Of a stretch of 64,000 nucleotides of DNA, positions 29,178 to 39,700 are shown in pieces. The position numbers and the translations under genes are program-made. The DNA comes from Prorocentrum cordatum (Eukaryota), in NCBI GenBank assembly GCA_963575745.1, contig CAUYUJ010000092.1, forward strand, positions 62,001 through 126,000, read 5' to 3'. Positions within the stretch are counted from its first letter, which is position 1; each line of letters opens with the position of its first letter. Below the pieces are notes generated by a model. It was given only the letters and a program-made list of their open reading frames with translations. It did not search any database and was not told the DNA's origin.

Positions 29178-29748
29178 GACGGAAGACATGGTGTACGTCA
29201 GCGGCCTCGGCGGCATGGACATGCGGACCGGGAAGAAGGCGGCGGGCGTAGGCAACGAGACGCGGCAAGCCCTCAGCAGCCTGTCCGAGTTGATGCAGGC
29301 GGCGGGAGGCTCGCTGGAGGACGTGGTGTCTTGCGGCGTGATGCTGGCAGACCTGAAAAGGGACTTCGGGGAGATGAACGCGGCGTACGCGAAGTTCTTC
29401 CCCAAGAGCCCCCCCAGCCGCGTGGCGGTGCAGGCGGGCCTCGCCGGCGGCTCCGTGGAGATCAAGTGCATCGCCTCGCTGCGCGGCGGGAAGGAGGTGG
29501 TGGCGGTGCCCGGCTGGCCGTCGATGGCCGGGAAGGTGCCGCTCTCGATGGTGACCCGGGCGCACGGCACTGTCTATGCCAGCGGCATGCAGGGGCTGAA
29601 CATGTCCACCTTCCGTCCGGTGCCCGGCGGCGTTGCCGCGGAGACCGCGCAGACGCTGGCCAACGTGGGCGAGGCGCTGGAGGCGGCAGGCTCGGGCCTC
29701 GACCTGGCGCTGGGCTGCGAGGTGTCGCTGGCGGACATGGCGGACTTC
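29178..29748 (+). CDS. Exon 2 of triple RidA-family protein (rest of domain 1, first two-thirds of domain 2)
   Basis: MVYVSG...ETRQAL...DVVSCGVMLADL..DFGEMNAAYAKFF..PPSRVAVQ..VEIKCIA, then TVYASG...CEVSLADMADF. Classic Rid motifs and GC3-rich codons. The 3' boundary is inferred. Confidence 0.92.
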
Positions 29749-29910
29749 TGATGGGCCTGTTCCCCACCACCACCACCACCAGAAGTTGGAGTGGGGAAGG
29801 AGGTGGAGGATGAGGAGGAGGAGGAGGAAGAAGAAGAGGAGGAGGAGGAGGAGGAGGACCCCCTCCCCCTCCTACTACTTGTGGTGGTGGCGGTGGAAAC
29901 AAGCCCACCA
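29749..29910. mobile_element. 162-bp TIR element (TG...CA, 5-bp TSD ACTTC) interrupting the RidA coding sequence
   Basis: TGATGGGCCTGTTCCCCACCACCACC.. versus reverse complement of the right end TGGTGGGCTTGTTTCCACCGCCACC.. (~50 bp imperfect). ACTTC at 29744-29748 and 29911-29915, with a GGA-rich core. Confidence 0.85.
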
Positions 29911-29915
29911 ACTTC

Positions 29916-30464
29916 AGCTCCATGACCGAGGCCTACGTCGCCGCCTTCCCCAAGGCGGGCCGCCTGGGCGGCCTCCCCGCGCGCATCGCCGTGCAGGTGG
30001 GCGGCTTGGCGGGCAGCGGCAGGGTCGAGATTCGCTGTACAGGCGCCACCCCGGGGCTCCGCCCGGTCTTGGTTACCGCCCCCGCGCACTGGAAGTCCGG
30101 GCCCGTGCCCTTCTCTTTTGCGACGAAGGCTGGGGGCATGGTCTACGTCAGCGGCATGGCGGGCATCGACATGGCCACGATGAGGATGGCGCCAGGCGGC
30201 GTGGGCAACGAGACCCGCCAGGCCCTCTCCAACATCAAAGAGCTCCTGGAGTCGGCCGGGACCACCATAGAGAACGTGGTCGAGTGCGAGGTGTCCCTCG
30301 CCGACATGGCCGACTTCAAGGAGATGAACGCGGCGTACGCGCCCTTCTGGCCCCAGGCGCCCCCAGCGAGGGCCGCGGTGCAGGTCGGAGGCCTCTTCTC
30401 GGGAAGGGTTGAGATCAAGTGCACGGCGGCCGCAGGGGCCGGCAGCGCCGAGCTGGTGGTATGA
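29916..30464 (+). CDS. Exon 3 of triple RidA-family protein (end of domain 2, full domain 3); reconstructed protein 415 aa
   Basis: SSMTEAYVAAF..LPARIAVQV..VEIRCTG, then MVYVSG...DFKEMNAAYAPFW..PPARAAVQV..VEIKCTA..stop. Exons total 128+571+549=1248 nt. The 5' boundary is inferred. Confidence 0.92.
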   Translation, partial: SSMTEAYVAAFPKAGRLGGLPARIAVQVGGLAGSGRVEIRCTGATPGLRPVLVTAPAHWKSGPVPFSFATKAGGMVYVSGMAGIDMATMRMAPGGVGNETRQALSNIKELLESAGTTIENVVECEVSLADMADFKEMNAAYAPFWPQAPPARAAVQVGGLFSGRVEIKCTAAAGAGSAELVV

Positions 30465-30817
30465 GCCAGGGCGCCGTGCTGAGGGGCTGCAGGGCAGGAG
30501 GGGGAGGAGGGGCTCGAAGAGCCAGCGAGCGGCCAGGGGCTCGCGCTGGAAGGCCGTCTGCGGATGCGGTGATCGCTCGGAGATCCCACCCTTCGTCCTG
30601 GCCCACCGCTTCTTCAGCCTCCGGGAGGCTGGCCCAGCTCCTCAGACCTCTGCCCGTGCACAAGGCTGCTGCTCTCGTAAGGTTTTCCCAGCACCTGCCC
30701 AGGATTTCACCAGGAAGCTGGCTCAGGCTTCCGTGGCAAGCGTGGTGCAAATGTGGTCTTCGTCGTAGCCTCGGCTGTAGATAGGGTGGTGCAACCGCCG
30801 CCGTTCGCTTTACGTCA

Positions 30818-31169
30818 GGTTCGCGTCGTGTCGACCAGCGGCGACCCCGCCACCAGCATTCAACGTTGAACGCCGCCGGCGACCCAGGATCAGCAGCAGC
30901 AGCGGCAGCAGCAGCGACATTTTTTTGAGGGAATGCGAGGAGGATGTAATGCGTTGTTCGTCCGCTGCCGCCCTGGCTAAAGGCGGCTCCGCCCTACCTG
31001 CCTGCGTGGCCGGCTCCGCCTGCTACGTACCATGTGCGGCGGCTCGGGAAAACCCAGGATCGGTCGATGTTGAACGATCTGACGTTTCGGAAACGGCCGA
31101 TCGTTCAAGGTTGAATTTTCCCCGCAGTGTCAGCAGCTAATTAACACCGGGGTCGACACAACGCGAACC
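30818..31169 (+). mobile_element. MITE copy 2 (19-bp TIR GGTTCGCGTYGTGTCGACC) with a nested 160-bp insertion
   Basis: TIRs match 18/19. Aligns with 24655-24832 once 30892-31061 is removed. Confidence 0.8.
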
Positions 31170-31399
31170 CGTCGCACGCGGCTTGCAGCCGCCTGCGCGT
31201 CTGGGAGACCAGAAACAGCCCTCTTCCACCGTCGTTGGGCCCGCCGAGCGAGAGTCAGGGCAGGCCCCCCGGGGGGGCCGCTGCCATGCAGCTTTCGCGA
31301 CCGGCGGGCAGGAAGAGAACGAAGGGACGCGCGACCAGGAGTCACAACCAGAACGAAGGCTGCCCCGATACCCTGATCCTGACGTTGCATTTTTTTCAC

Positions 31400-33190
31400 A
31401 CCGGGCGTCCTCGCCCGTGCTTCCGTGTTCAACACAACACCCAGTACTAAACAGCATTCGTCTCCAACACCAAACCTGGTGCTCAACAGCCTCCGTCTGA
31501 AACACAACTCCCAGTACTCCAGATTCCGTAAGAAAAGGGAGGGGGTCTGGACCCTCCAAGACAATCCATTTCAGACCTCCCCCGTGGGAGAACCCTCCAA
31601 AACATCGTCGCCAGACCCCCCCAGGCCCTCCAAGATAGCCTGGAAGAGACCCCCCCCGAAATGAGGCCCCCCTCCCTTTATTACGAAATCTGGAGTACTC
31701 CACAGCATCCTGCTGCAGGAGAGAACCCTTGGGAGCACGGTTCGCATCCCGACCCGCCCGCCCGCCGCCGGCCTGCCGCCCGCCCACCGTGCTTCCGCGT
31801 TCAACGCAGCACCAGGGACTCGAGAGCATCCGTCGCCAACACAGCACACTGTACCCATCGGTCGTTGAAAGTAGGTATTTTTGGATTCTTAGATTCCAAT
31901 CTACTTTCAGCGCCTTCCTACTTCAAGAGTCGAGTGGTTTTCCCTCTTCCTTCCTCTTCCTTCCTCTTCAGGAGGCGGGCGGAAACCCAATGTATTTCCA
32001 ACGCCTTCCTACTTCATGTTTCTACCTACTTCTTCCGACCGATGGGTACTCAGCAGCCTCCGTCTCCAACACAACACCCTGTACTCAGCAGCATCCCGCT
32101 GCAAGAGAGAATCTTTCGGATTTGCATGATGATCCCGGTCCGCCCGCCCGCCGGCCCGCCGTCCGCCGCCCACCTGCCCGCCGCCCGCCTGCCGCCCGCT
32201 CCCCGCCGCTTGCCCGCCGTGCTTCCGCCTTCAACGCAACACCCAGTACTCAACAGCATCCGTCTCCAACGCAGCCCCAATACTCAACAGCTTCCGTCTC
32301 CCACAGAACATTCAGTACTCAACAGCATCCCGCTGCAGGATGGAATCCTTGGGAAGTCGTATCACAATCCCGATCCGCCCGCTCGCCGCCGGCGGGCCGT
32401 CCGCTGCCCACTGCCCGACCGCCGCCCGCCCCCCGCCGCCCGTTCGCCGTGCTGCCGCGCTCGACACAACACCCAGCACTCGACAGCGTCCGTCTCCAGC
32501 ACAACACGGCGCACTCCACAGCCTCCGCCTCCAACGCAACCTTCGCGAGCATCCCGCTGCGAGAGAGAGTCCTCAGGAGGTAAACGAAAGTCTTGATCCG
32601 CCCGCTCGCCGCCCGCACGCCGTCCGCCGCCCGCCGCGCGCCCGCCGCGTTCCCGTCTTCAGCACAACACCCTCTACTCAACAGCCTCCTTACACAGCAC
32701 CCAGTATTCAGCAGCCTTTGTCTGCAGCACAACGCCCAGTACTCAACAACATCCCGCTGCAAGAGAGAATCCGTAGGCGTTCTTTTCGAATCGCGATCCG
32801 CCCGCCCGCTGCCAGCCCGCCGTTCGCCGCCCGCCCGCCGTGCTACCGTGTTCGCAACACCCGATACTCAACAGCATCCGTCTCCAACACATCATTCGGT
32901 ACTCAACAGCCTCCGCCTCCAACGCAACACCCGATATTCAACAGCATCCCGCTGCAAGAGAGAATCCTCAGGGGTTGTAGTACAATCCCGACCCGCTAGC
33001 CCGCCGCCCGCCGCCCGCCCGCCGCCCGCTCCCCGCCGCCCGCCCGCTGTGATTACGTGTTCAACCGAAAACCCAGCACTCAGCAGCATCCGTGTCCAGC
33101 ACAGCACCAAGTACTCAACAGCCTCCGTCTCCAACATAACACCCCGTGTTCAACAGCATCCCGCTGCAAGAGAGAATCCTTAGGAGCTCG
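31400..33190 (+). repeat. Degenerate composite tandem repeat (~30-bp CTCAACAGCATCCGTCTCCAACACAACACCCAGTA subunits alternating with CCGCCCG-rich blocks)
   Basis: Recurring CAGCATCCCGCTGCAAGAGAGAATC roughly every 180-240 bp. Confidence 0.85.
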
Positions 33191-34199
33191 AGTCAAAGGC
33201 CGGAGAATTTCGAAAACAGAAGCCGAGTTCGGTGTTTGTTTTTGTTGTTGTTGTTGTTTTTTTCGAGTCGGTCTTGGGGGGGTCAAATCAGATTTGTTTT
33301 TGAATGTGGCCCCCCCCCCCCCGAACAAAAACGGAAAACACGAGTTGGGTTGTTGTTTTCCGTTTTTTGCCAGCGGGGGTTTGGGGGGTGTTTCCAGAAA
33401 TTATATTGTCTGTAATTGTTGGGCCCTGGACCCCCCCGAAGAATCAATGAAAACCTCGCGCTTTCCCGAATTATGGGAAACGTGGAATCACCACAGCAAA
33501 AATAAGCTGTTCGTGGTGATTACAGGTTTCCCGTAATCCGACCCCCCAGGAGCGATTCTCCCCAGGTTTCCCGGAACTCGGAGTTCGAATAATGGGACGC
33601 TTGGAACCACCACGAAGTCGGACGACTCCTGAGTGATGATTCCAGGTTCCCTATTATTCCAAATTATGGAAAACTTGGAACCACCACAAAGGATTGTGTT
33701 TTCGTTGTGCTCCTAGGTTTCCCGTAATTAATCCCCCTCTTCTTTTTCCTCCTCCTCTTCCTCTTCCTCTTCCTCCTTCTCTTCCTCTCCCTCATCCTCC
33801 TCCTCTGGCTTGGCTACACCTCCTCCTCCTCATCATCATCCTCCTCGTGTTTTTCCTTCTAACGGCCGCATTCCGCTCAGTGGGAGGAGGGGGAAAAGGA
33901 GGAAGAGGAGGGAAAGGAGGCCGAGGATTAGCAGCCGGAAGAGAATGAGCAGCAGCAAAAGGAGAAGGAGAAGGAGGAGGCAGGGATAAAGGAAGGAAGA
34001 GGAGTAGGATTACAAATCTCGCTACAGGCTTAAAGGGTACCGAAACCCATTTTTAGGGATGAAGCGGCCACCGGTGAAATATTTGTCTCCGTTGACCAGC
34101 TTACGGCAGAGTCCGTTACCCCAGAAATCGGTAGTTGGACGACAACGTAAGTAGGATGACCGAAACCAAATGCCAACGGCCGCGTTGGAGCTAGCGCAT

Positions 34200-34760
34200 A
34201 AATGGTGTCACTGGCCGTGGTGGAGCAAGTTCACGGGGAGCACGTATATTTAGATGCCCCACTATGAGGTTTCGGCTACGCCTTGAAAGCCCCAGGACGA
34301 TGGGCGTTCCTGAGTGCCCGAATAGGCGCCCTGGCTTCTCGCTCCTGCGGGTAACCTGGTCCGAGGAGGGCTCAACCCAATGCCCCCCCTCTCCCCCCGT
34401 GGCTGTCGCGCTCCCCGTCATGCGTGGACGTCGGGGTCGTCCCCACGAGTGCGTCCATGCCTCGTGAGAGGGTGGCCTTATGAGGGCGGCGTTTTGGCTC
34501 GGGGCTCGAATTTGCCTAGATGGTAAGGAGAGGACTCGTGAGGAGAATGGTTCTGGAGGAGGCGGATGGGATCCAGGGAGCGGTGGCACTCCTATTTATA
34601 TCGTTCGCCTGCTTGACCAAGATGGCAACTCCCCCAATGGGTCTGTTGCCTTCTGACCGAACGGCGGATGTGAACATGGGGCGCCAACCGATGCGAAGGC
34701 AGGCCTCGGATAGTGTAAAGGCTGGTAGTCTGGGCCCATCTGACACTGGCCAGAGACCCC
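34200..34760 (-). pseudogene. Highly decayed LINE APE-endonuclease remnant
   Basis: IGWRPMFTSAVRSEGNRPIGGVAILVK parallels TGWRGLWGPAVP..GATGGVAVLVR of the intact ORF2. Downstream LIVGHLN weakly resembles VIGADFN. Confidence 0.45.
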
Positions 34761-35503
34761 GTTTCTCTTCAGGACGCGCACGTTGGCTGCGCAGCGCGCA
34801 CCCCCGTGGTCGGCTTGCCGGTCCCCGGTGTCTTTTGAGGTTTCATGGATCCCGTGAGAGGCTTTCGGCGGAACCCTGGGGGAAAGGGGCACCCGAGGGT
34901 CCTTAGGCTACCAACCTGGCGGGCTATTGGGGGCACTTATGGCCGCTTTGAGTGCCAACCCCGCCAGTCGCTTACGCTCCTGCAGCCGCCCCTGGACGCC
35001 GTCCCGACCTCTAGCCCTGGGGGGGGTCCCTAAGATCTTGTCCTTCGGGGGCCCCCGGGGGCTTGTTCTCTTTCGACGCCCGGATCTCGTCCGCCCACCC
35101 CTGCAGCTCCCACTCGGCCGTCCCGCTTTTGCGGCGCCGGCGCTTCGGCTGACGACCCTAATAATCCCCGGGCGGGAGGAAGGGAGGACCAGTGGAAGCC
35201 CAAGAGTCATCAAAGATGTTGGAATGAACCCTCCATCCTTGCTCCCTCATCATAGGCCCCATACAACGGTTCATTTCCATTGAGGGAACTGCCTCGCTGG
35301 AAGGCAACCATTTGAAGATCCTGACCAAAACGTTATTCTCGGGATTTCAACGCTCCGTATCAACCTGACTGCTGCGTCTTGACGATCCAGAACCGTGCCA
35401 GAACGCAATTTGTTGGACTTCAACACAGCGAGTCAACACAACTGCTGCGCTCGCGTAAACCTGAATCGTTCCAAAGCATCATTTCTGGTACGCTGCTCAT
35501 GGG

Positions 35504-36200
35504 AATCCGTGAAACTCTTACAAATGTTTACAACGGATGTGCGCGGCGCTAAGGCGAGAGCCACATGTTTAAAACCACCCGCCCTCAATCCGTGAAATTC
35601 TTGCAAATGTTTAAAACGACTGTGCGCGGCGCTAAGGCGAGAGCCACATTTTGAGAACCACCCGCCCTCAATCCGTGAAGCTCTTGCAAATACTTGAAAT
35701 AAATGTGCGCGGCGCTAAGGCGAGAGTCACATTTTGAAAACCACCCGCCCTCAATCTGTGAAGCTCTTGCAAATGTTTGGAGCAACTGTGCGCGGCGCAA
35801 AGGCGAGAGCCACATTTTGAGAACCACCCGCCCTCAATCCGTGAACCTCTTGCAAATACTTGAAACAAATGTGCGCGGCGATCAGGCGAGAGCCACATTT
35901 TGAAAACCACCCGCCCTCAATCTGTGAAGCTCTTGCAAGTGTTTGGAGCAAATGCGCGCGGCGCTAAGGCGAGAGCCACACTTTGAGAACCAACCCGCCC
36001 TCAATCCGTGAAGCCCTTGGAAATGTTTGAAACAAATATGCGCGTCGGTCAGGCGAGAGCCACAGTTTGAAAACCACCCGCCCTCAATCCGTGAAACTTC
36101 TGCAAATGTTTGGAGCAAGCGTGCGCGGCGCTAAGGCGAGAGCCACATTTTGAAAGCGGCCCGCCTTCCATCTGTGAAACTACTGTCACTGTTTATGCTC
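35504..36200 (+). repeat. 83-bp tandem satellite, ~8 units
   Basis: AATCCGTGAA recurs at 35504, 35587, 35670 and onward. The unit contains GTGCGCGGCGCTAAGGCGAGAGCCACATTTTGAAAACCACCCGCCCTC. Confidence 0.95.
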
Positions 36201-36301
36201 CAGAGTCATAAATGAGTCATACATGGCAAGATAGTCTCAGACGAAACGCTCAGCCCGCCCTACAAACTGGCTTCGGGGTGCGACAGGGAGGAAATACCTA
36301 T

Positions 36302-36503
36302 AAGGAGAAGAAATGAAGGAGGATGAGGAGGAGGAGAAGAAGGAGGAGGAGGGGGAGGCAGAGGAAGGAGAAGAAGAAGACGAGGAGGAGGAGGAGGTGG
36401 AGGAGGAGGAGGAGGGGGAGGAGGAGGGAGGAGGAGGAAGAGGAGGAGGAGGAGGAGGGGGGAGGAGGAGGAGGAGGGGAGGGAGGAGGGGGGGAGGAGG
36501 AGG
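36302..36503 (+). repeat. (GGA)n-rich tract = (TCC)n 3' flank or tail of the LINE
   Basis: Abuts the element's 3' UTR directly. No poly(A). Confidence 0.9.
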
Positions 36504-36744
36504 CGCGCGGACCGCACGCCACCAGCAAGAAGCAAGCCTCGAGCTGGTGGTCCAGTTCAGGCAAGGCCCAGCTCACGCAAGGGCGTGGGCCGAGCGAAAG
36601 GGGGCCGCCCCGCCTGCCTGGCCTCGTCGCACACCAGCCTCCTCAGCGCCGAGAGCACCAGGAAGATGCACACGTGTGCGGCGGGGGAGGGGGGAGGCGA
36701 CGGGCGACAGACGACGGGGGCAGCCCAAGAAAACTAAAACGAGT

Positions 36745-39700
36745 TTAGTCAGAGCCCGAACTCGCTCCATCAGGAGCAGGTTCGGGCCCACGGGCCGCTT
36801 CCAGCAGCCTCAAAGAAATGGAAACTCGGCGGAGCTCCGCGCGGTCATCGTCGCGCTCGGCGGCGTCAAGAGCAATCTTCACGCCCGTCTTGGGGTAACA
36901 CCCACGCTCCAGCCGACGGATGGACATTCTCTGATTAGCAGCCGTGCTCGGGACTTTGGATCTTCCTTGGCATTGCTGCGTGAGGTTTCGCAGCGAGCCG
37001 AGAGAGCCATGAGCCCCGCACAGCTTGCAACAGTACACATGTAGGTGACGAAAAACGTCGTGCCCAAGGTCCCGAAAGGCAGAAAACTCATCCGACGGCT
37101 CGGGCTCAGCCACGGGAGTTGGGGGACCTTGGACCTCATCAGTGCACACACGCTGAACTTCGTCAGCAGCAGCCAGAGCAACCCTCACCGCTTCCAGCTG
37201 CACGGGCCTAAACGCAGCCCCAAACTCACGAAACCACTGGTCGCACACGTGTCGCTGGATCGGTGACGGCATACAGTCACGAGTGTCTCTACTCGTGAGC
37301 AGGCTCTTAAGTGACTCCGACGTGCGAGCAACACGGCCACAGCTCCTGCACTTATAGGTGCTGGTGGCCTCACAGCGAAACAACACATGGCTAGTGACCG
37401 TGACCTTCGGAGGGGCAGGGGCTCTCAAGAGGCGGAGGGAACGATCAGGGTCAACTTGCGTCCATGTGCCAGACTCGAGCAGCCGTTGGGCAGCCCATGC
37501 AATGAATCGCACCGTGGATTTATGATATTTTAAATCCCCTGACACAGCCGCGCAAAAACCCTCAGAAAGCGTGTGAGAGCCGGCCCCTAGTTTGGCGAAA
37601 AAGTCAGCCCACAGATTCCCAGCCCAATTTTTGACACACAGACCACGCTCCAACACGTCATCGAAACTCAGATGGGCTGGGACCCATGAGAACTGGGGGT
37701 GATTTGACTTAAGATCAAATATGGACCTCCAGATCGAGGCATGCTTGGACATGCCTTGGGAGAGATGCTGGCTCCAAGAATTGCCTTCTCGCACAACAGC
37801 CTGGAGGTCCGATACAATACTCTGATGCTGCGGGTGAAAAGCCAGCCCCTGCCGCACAGCCCAGCGTTCTGCACGACCTATGGTCTGACGCTCACCTGGG
37901 AGCGCTCCATATACGGCCCTCAGGGGAAGCAAACAATCAAATAACTGCACAACGCTCCAACCAGCTCTGGAGACCTCTGGGACCCCAGAGTGATAGCAAC
38001 TACCATCAGTGAAAGACTGAGGGCCCCAGGACCCAGAGACGTCCCCAAACTCAAAAACAGGTGGGTTGGCTAGCGGAGCGAGGATGTTGGTAGGCAAGGG
38101 AGGAATGCCATAAGTTAAATAATTAGAGTGCACATCGGGCTCCCCAGTTATAGAGGCCCGAGACTGGATCAACACGCGCCTATGCCTGGCCAGGGCCTCA
38201 GGAACCTCGTCACCCAAAGCGTCAACCCCGTCGTCGGTGATGAACTTAGAGCAGGCATACCACACGTGTCCGTGCGTGCCTTGAGGAGCGGAGCAGGCAA
38301 GGCACTCAGGTAGCCCATCATATTGCAGAGCAGACAGTGCAGCAGGTAGCGGAACCACATTCCCCCAGACGGCAGCAAGGGCCCCAAGAGCACGCGGGTC
38401 TTTTACGGCACGTATACCATGACGAAGTGCACGAAACCAAGGCTCCCCTTCTGGAGGGTCAGTGTTATAGAGGTGCTGCTGCAACCGACGTATCTGCCAC
38501 CGCTGCACCCCTTCGATAATCGCAATTCGCACATCACTGGGACACACCACCAGCAGCGAAATATCTGTACCAAGATCGCTGCGAAAAGTGTGGGCATTGA
38601 CCATCGTCCAGCCTATGCGAAGCAGGCTGAGCCACACCGCCGACAGCGGACCACGAGCCTGCTGCCAAGTAGGGTTGTCGGACATGATATCTCTCAAACA
38701 GGTCCACGCACGTTGAAGCCTCGATATCTGAACCCTTCCGTCCCAGACGAACGTGGCGAACTTGACACACACGCAAATAGTGGAGTCGTAGATCGGGTCG
38801 TATAGCGGATCGGCCTGCGTCAGCAGATACGACGTGATGCCACCGTGCTGCTTGGCACCTGCGATCGTAGCCGCAAGCTGCCTCAAATACTTCAGCGCCG
38901 TGTCTGAAATGCCCGACACGGAACCACCGTGCCCAGCCGCTGGGAAAGCTCCAGTCCTCCAAAGTCGGGTTGCACGCTTGCCAGTTGCATGTTTCAGTGC
39001 AATGAATTTGTCACGGCGACGTTTAAGAGCATGTAGCCTTTTCTTCTCCTGAGTGCGAACAACCCGACCAGCAGCTAATTCATGCCCGAGATTTCTCATC
39101 CATTTACGAACAGGTAGATGCAGCCGAATAGCCATCTTCGAGAAAACCTTCCGAGCAACCTTGTTCCCTGCTATGAGCCCCGACTTTTTGACCTGGGAGT
39201 ACTTGGCATCTTCGGTGAACACTTTCACGGCACGCTCCAGGAAACGCACATCACGAGGATCCGAGGTGACGAGCTGAATCGAGATGTCGTCGACGAGGGC
39301 TCTCGGTGTTATACAGGGCGAAATGTCATTGAGTCTACGCACAGCACGCAGCGTGAGAAGGAAAAGCATGCCTGTCGCATGATTGCACCCAGCAAGGATG
39401 CCTTGATGCGAACAGAACTGCAGCGACAAGCTGCCGAAAGCTCGAAGACGCCGTGGCTGCCTGTACAGATCCACCAGCATCCAAGCTAGCCGCATTGGAA
39501 AGTGTAACGCTTCAGCCTCTTTCAACAGCTGCTCCGAGTGAACCATTTCGAAGCATTTGATCATGTCTAAGAGGACAGATATTGAAATATCACCGACTAG
39601 CGCTGCCATTTCGGCAGCAATGTTGTGGGCAAACGCACTGTCTGAGGAACTGTGCCCACGACGAGTACCCCAAACAGCGTAGCAGTCATTGCGCTCTTGC

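Noticed and set aside
35504..36200. CRISPR array
   Set aside because: 83-bp units are homologous along their entire length, so this is a plain satellite.
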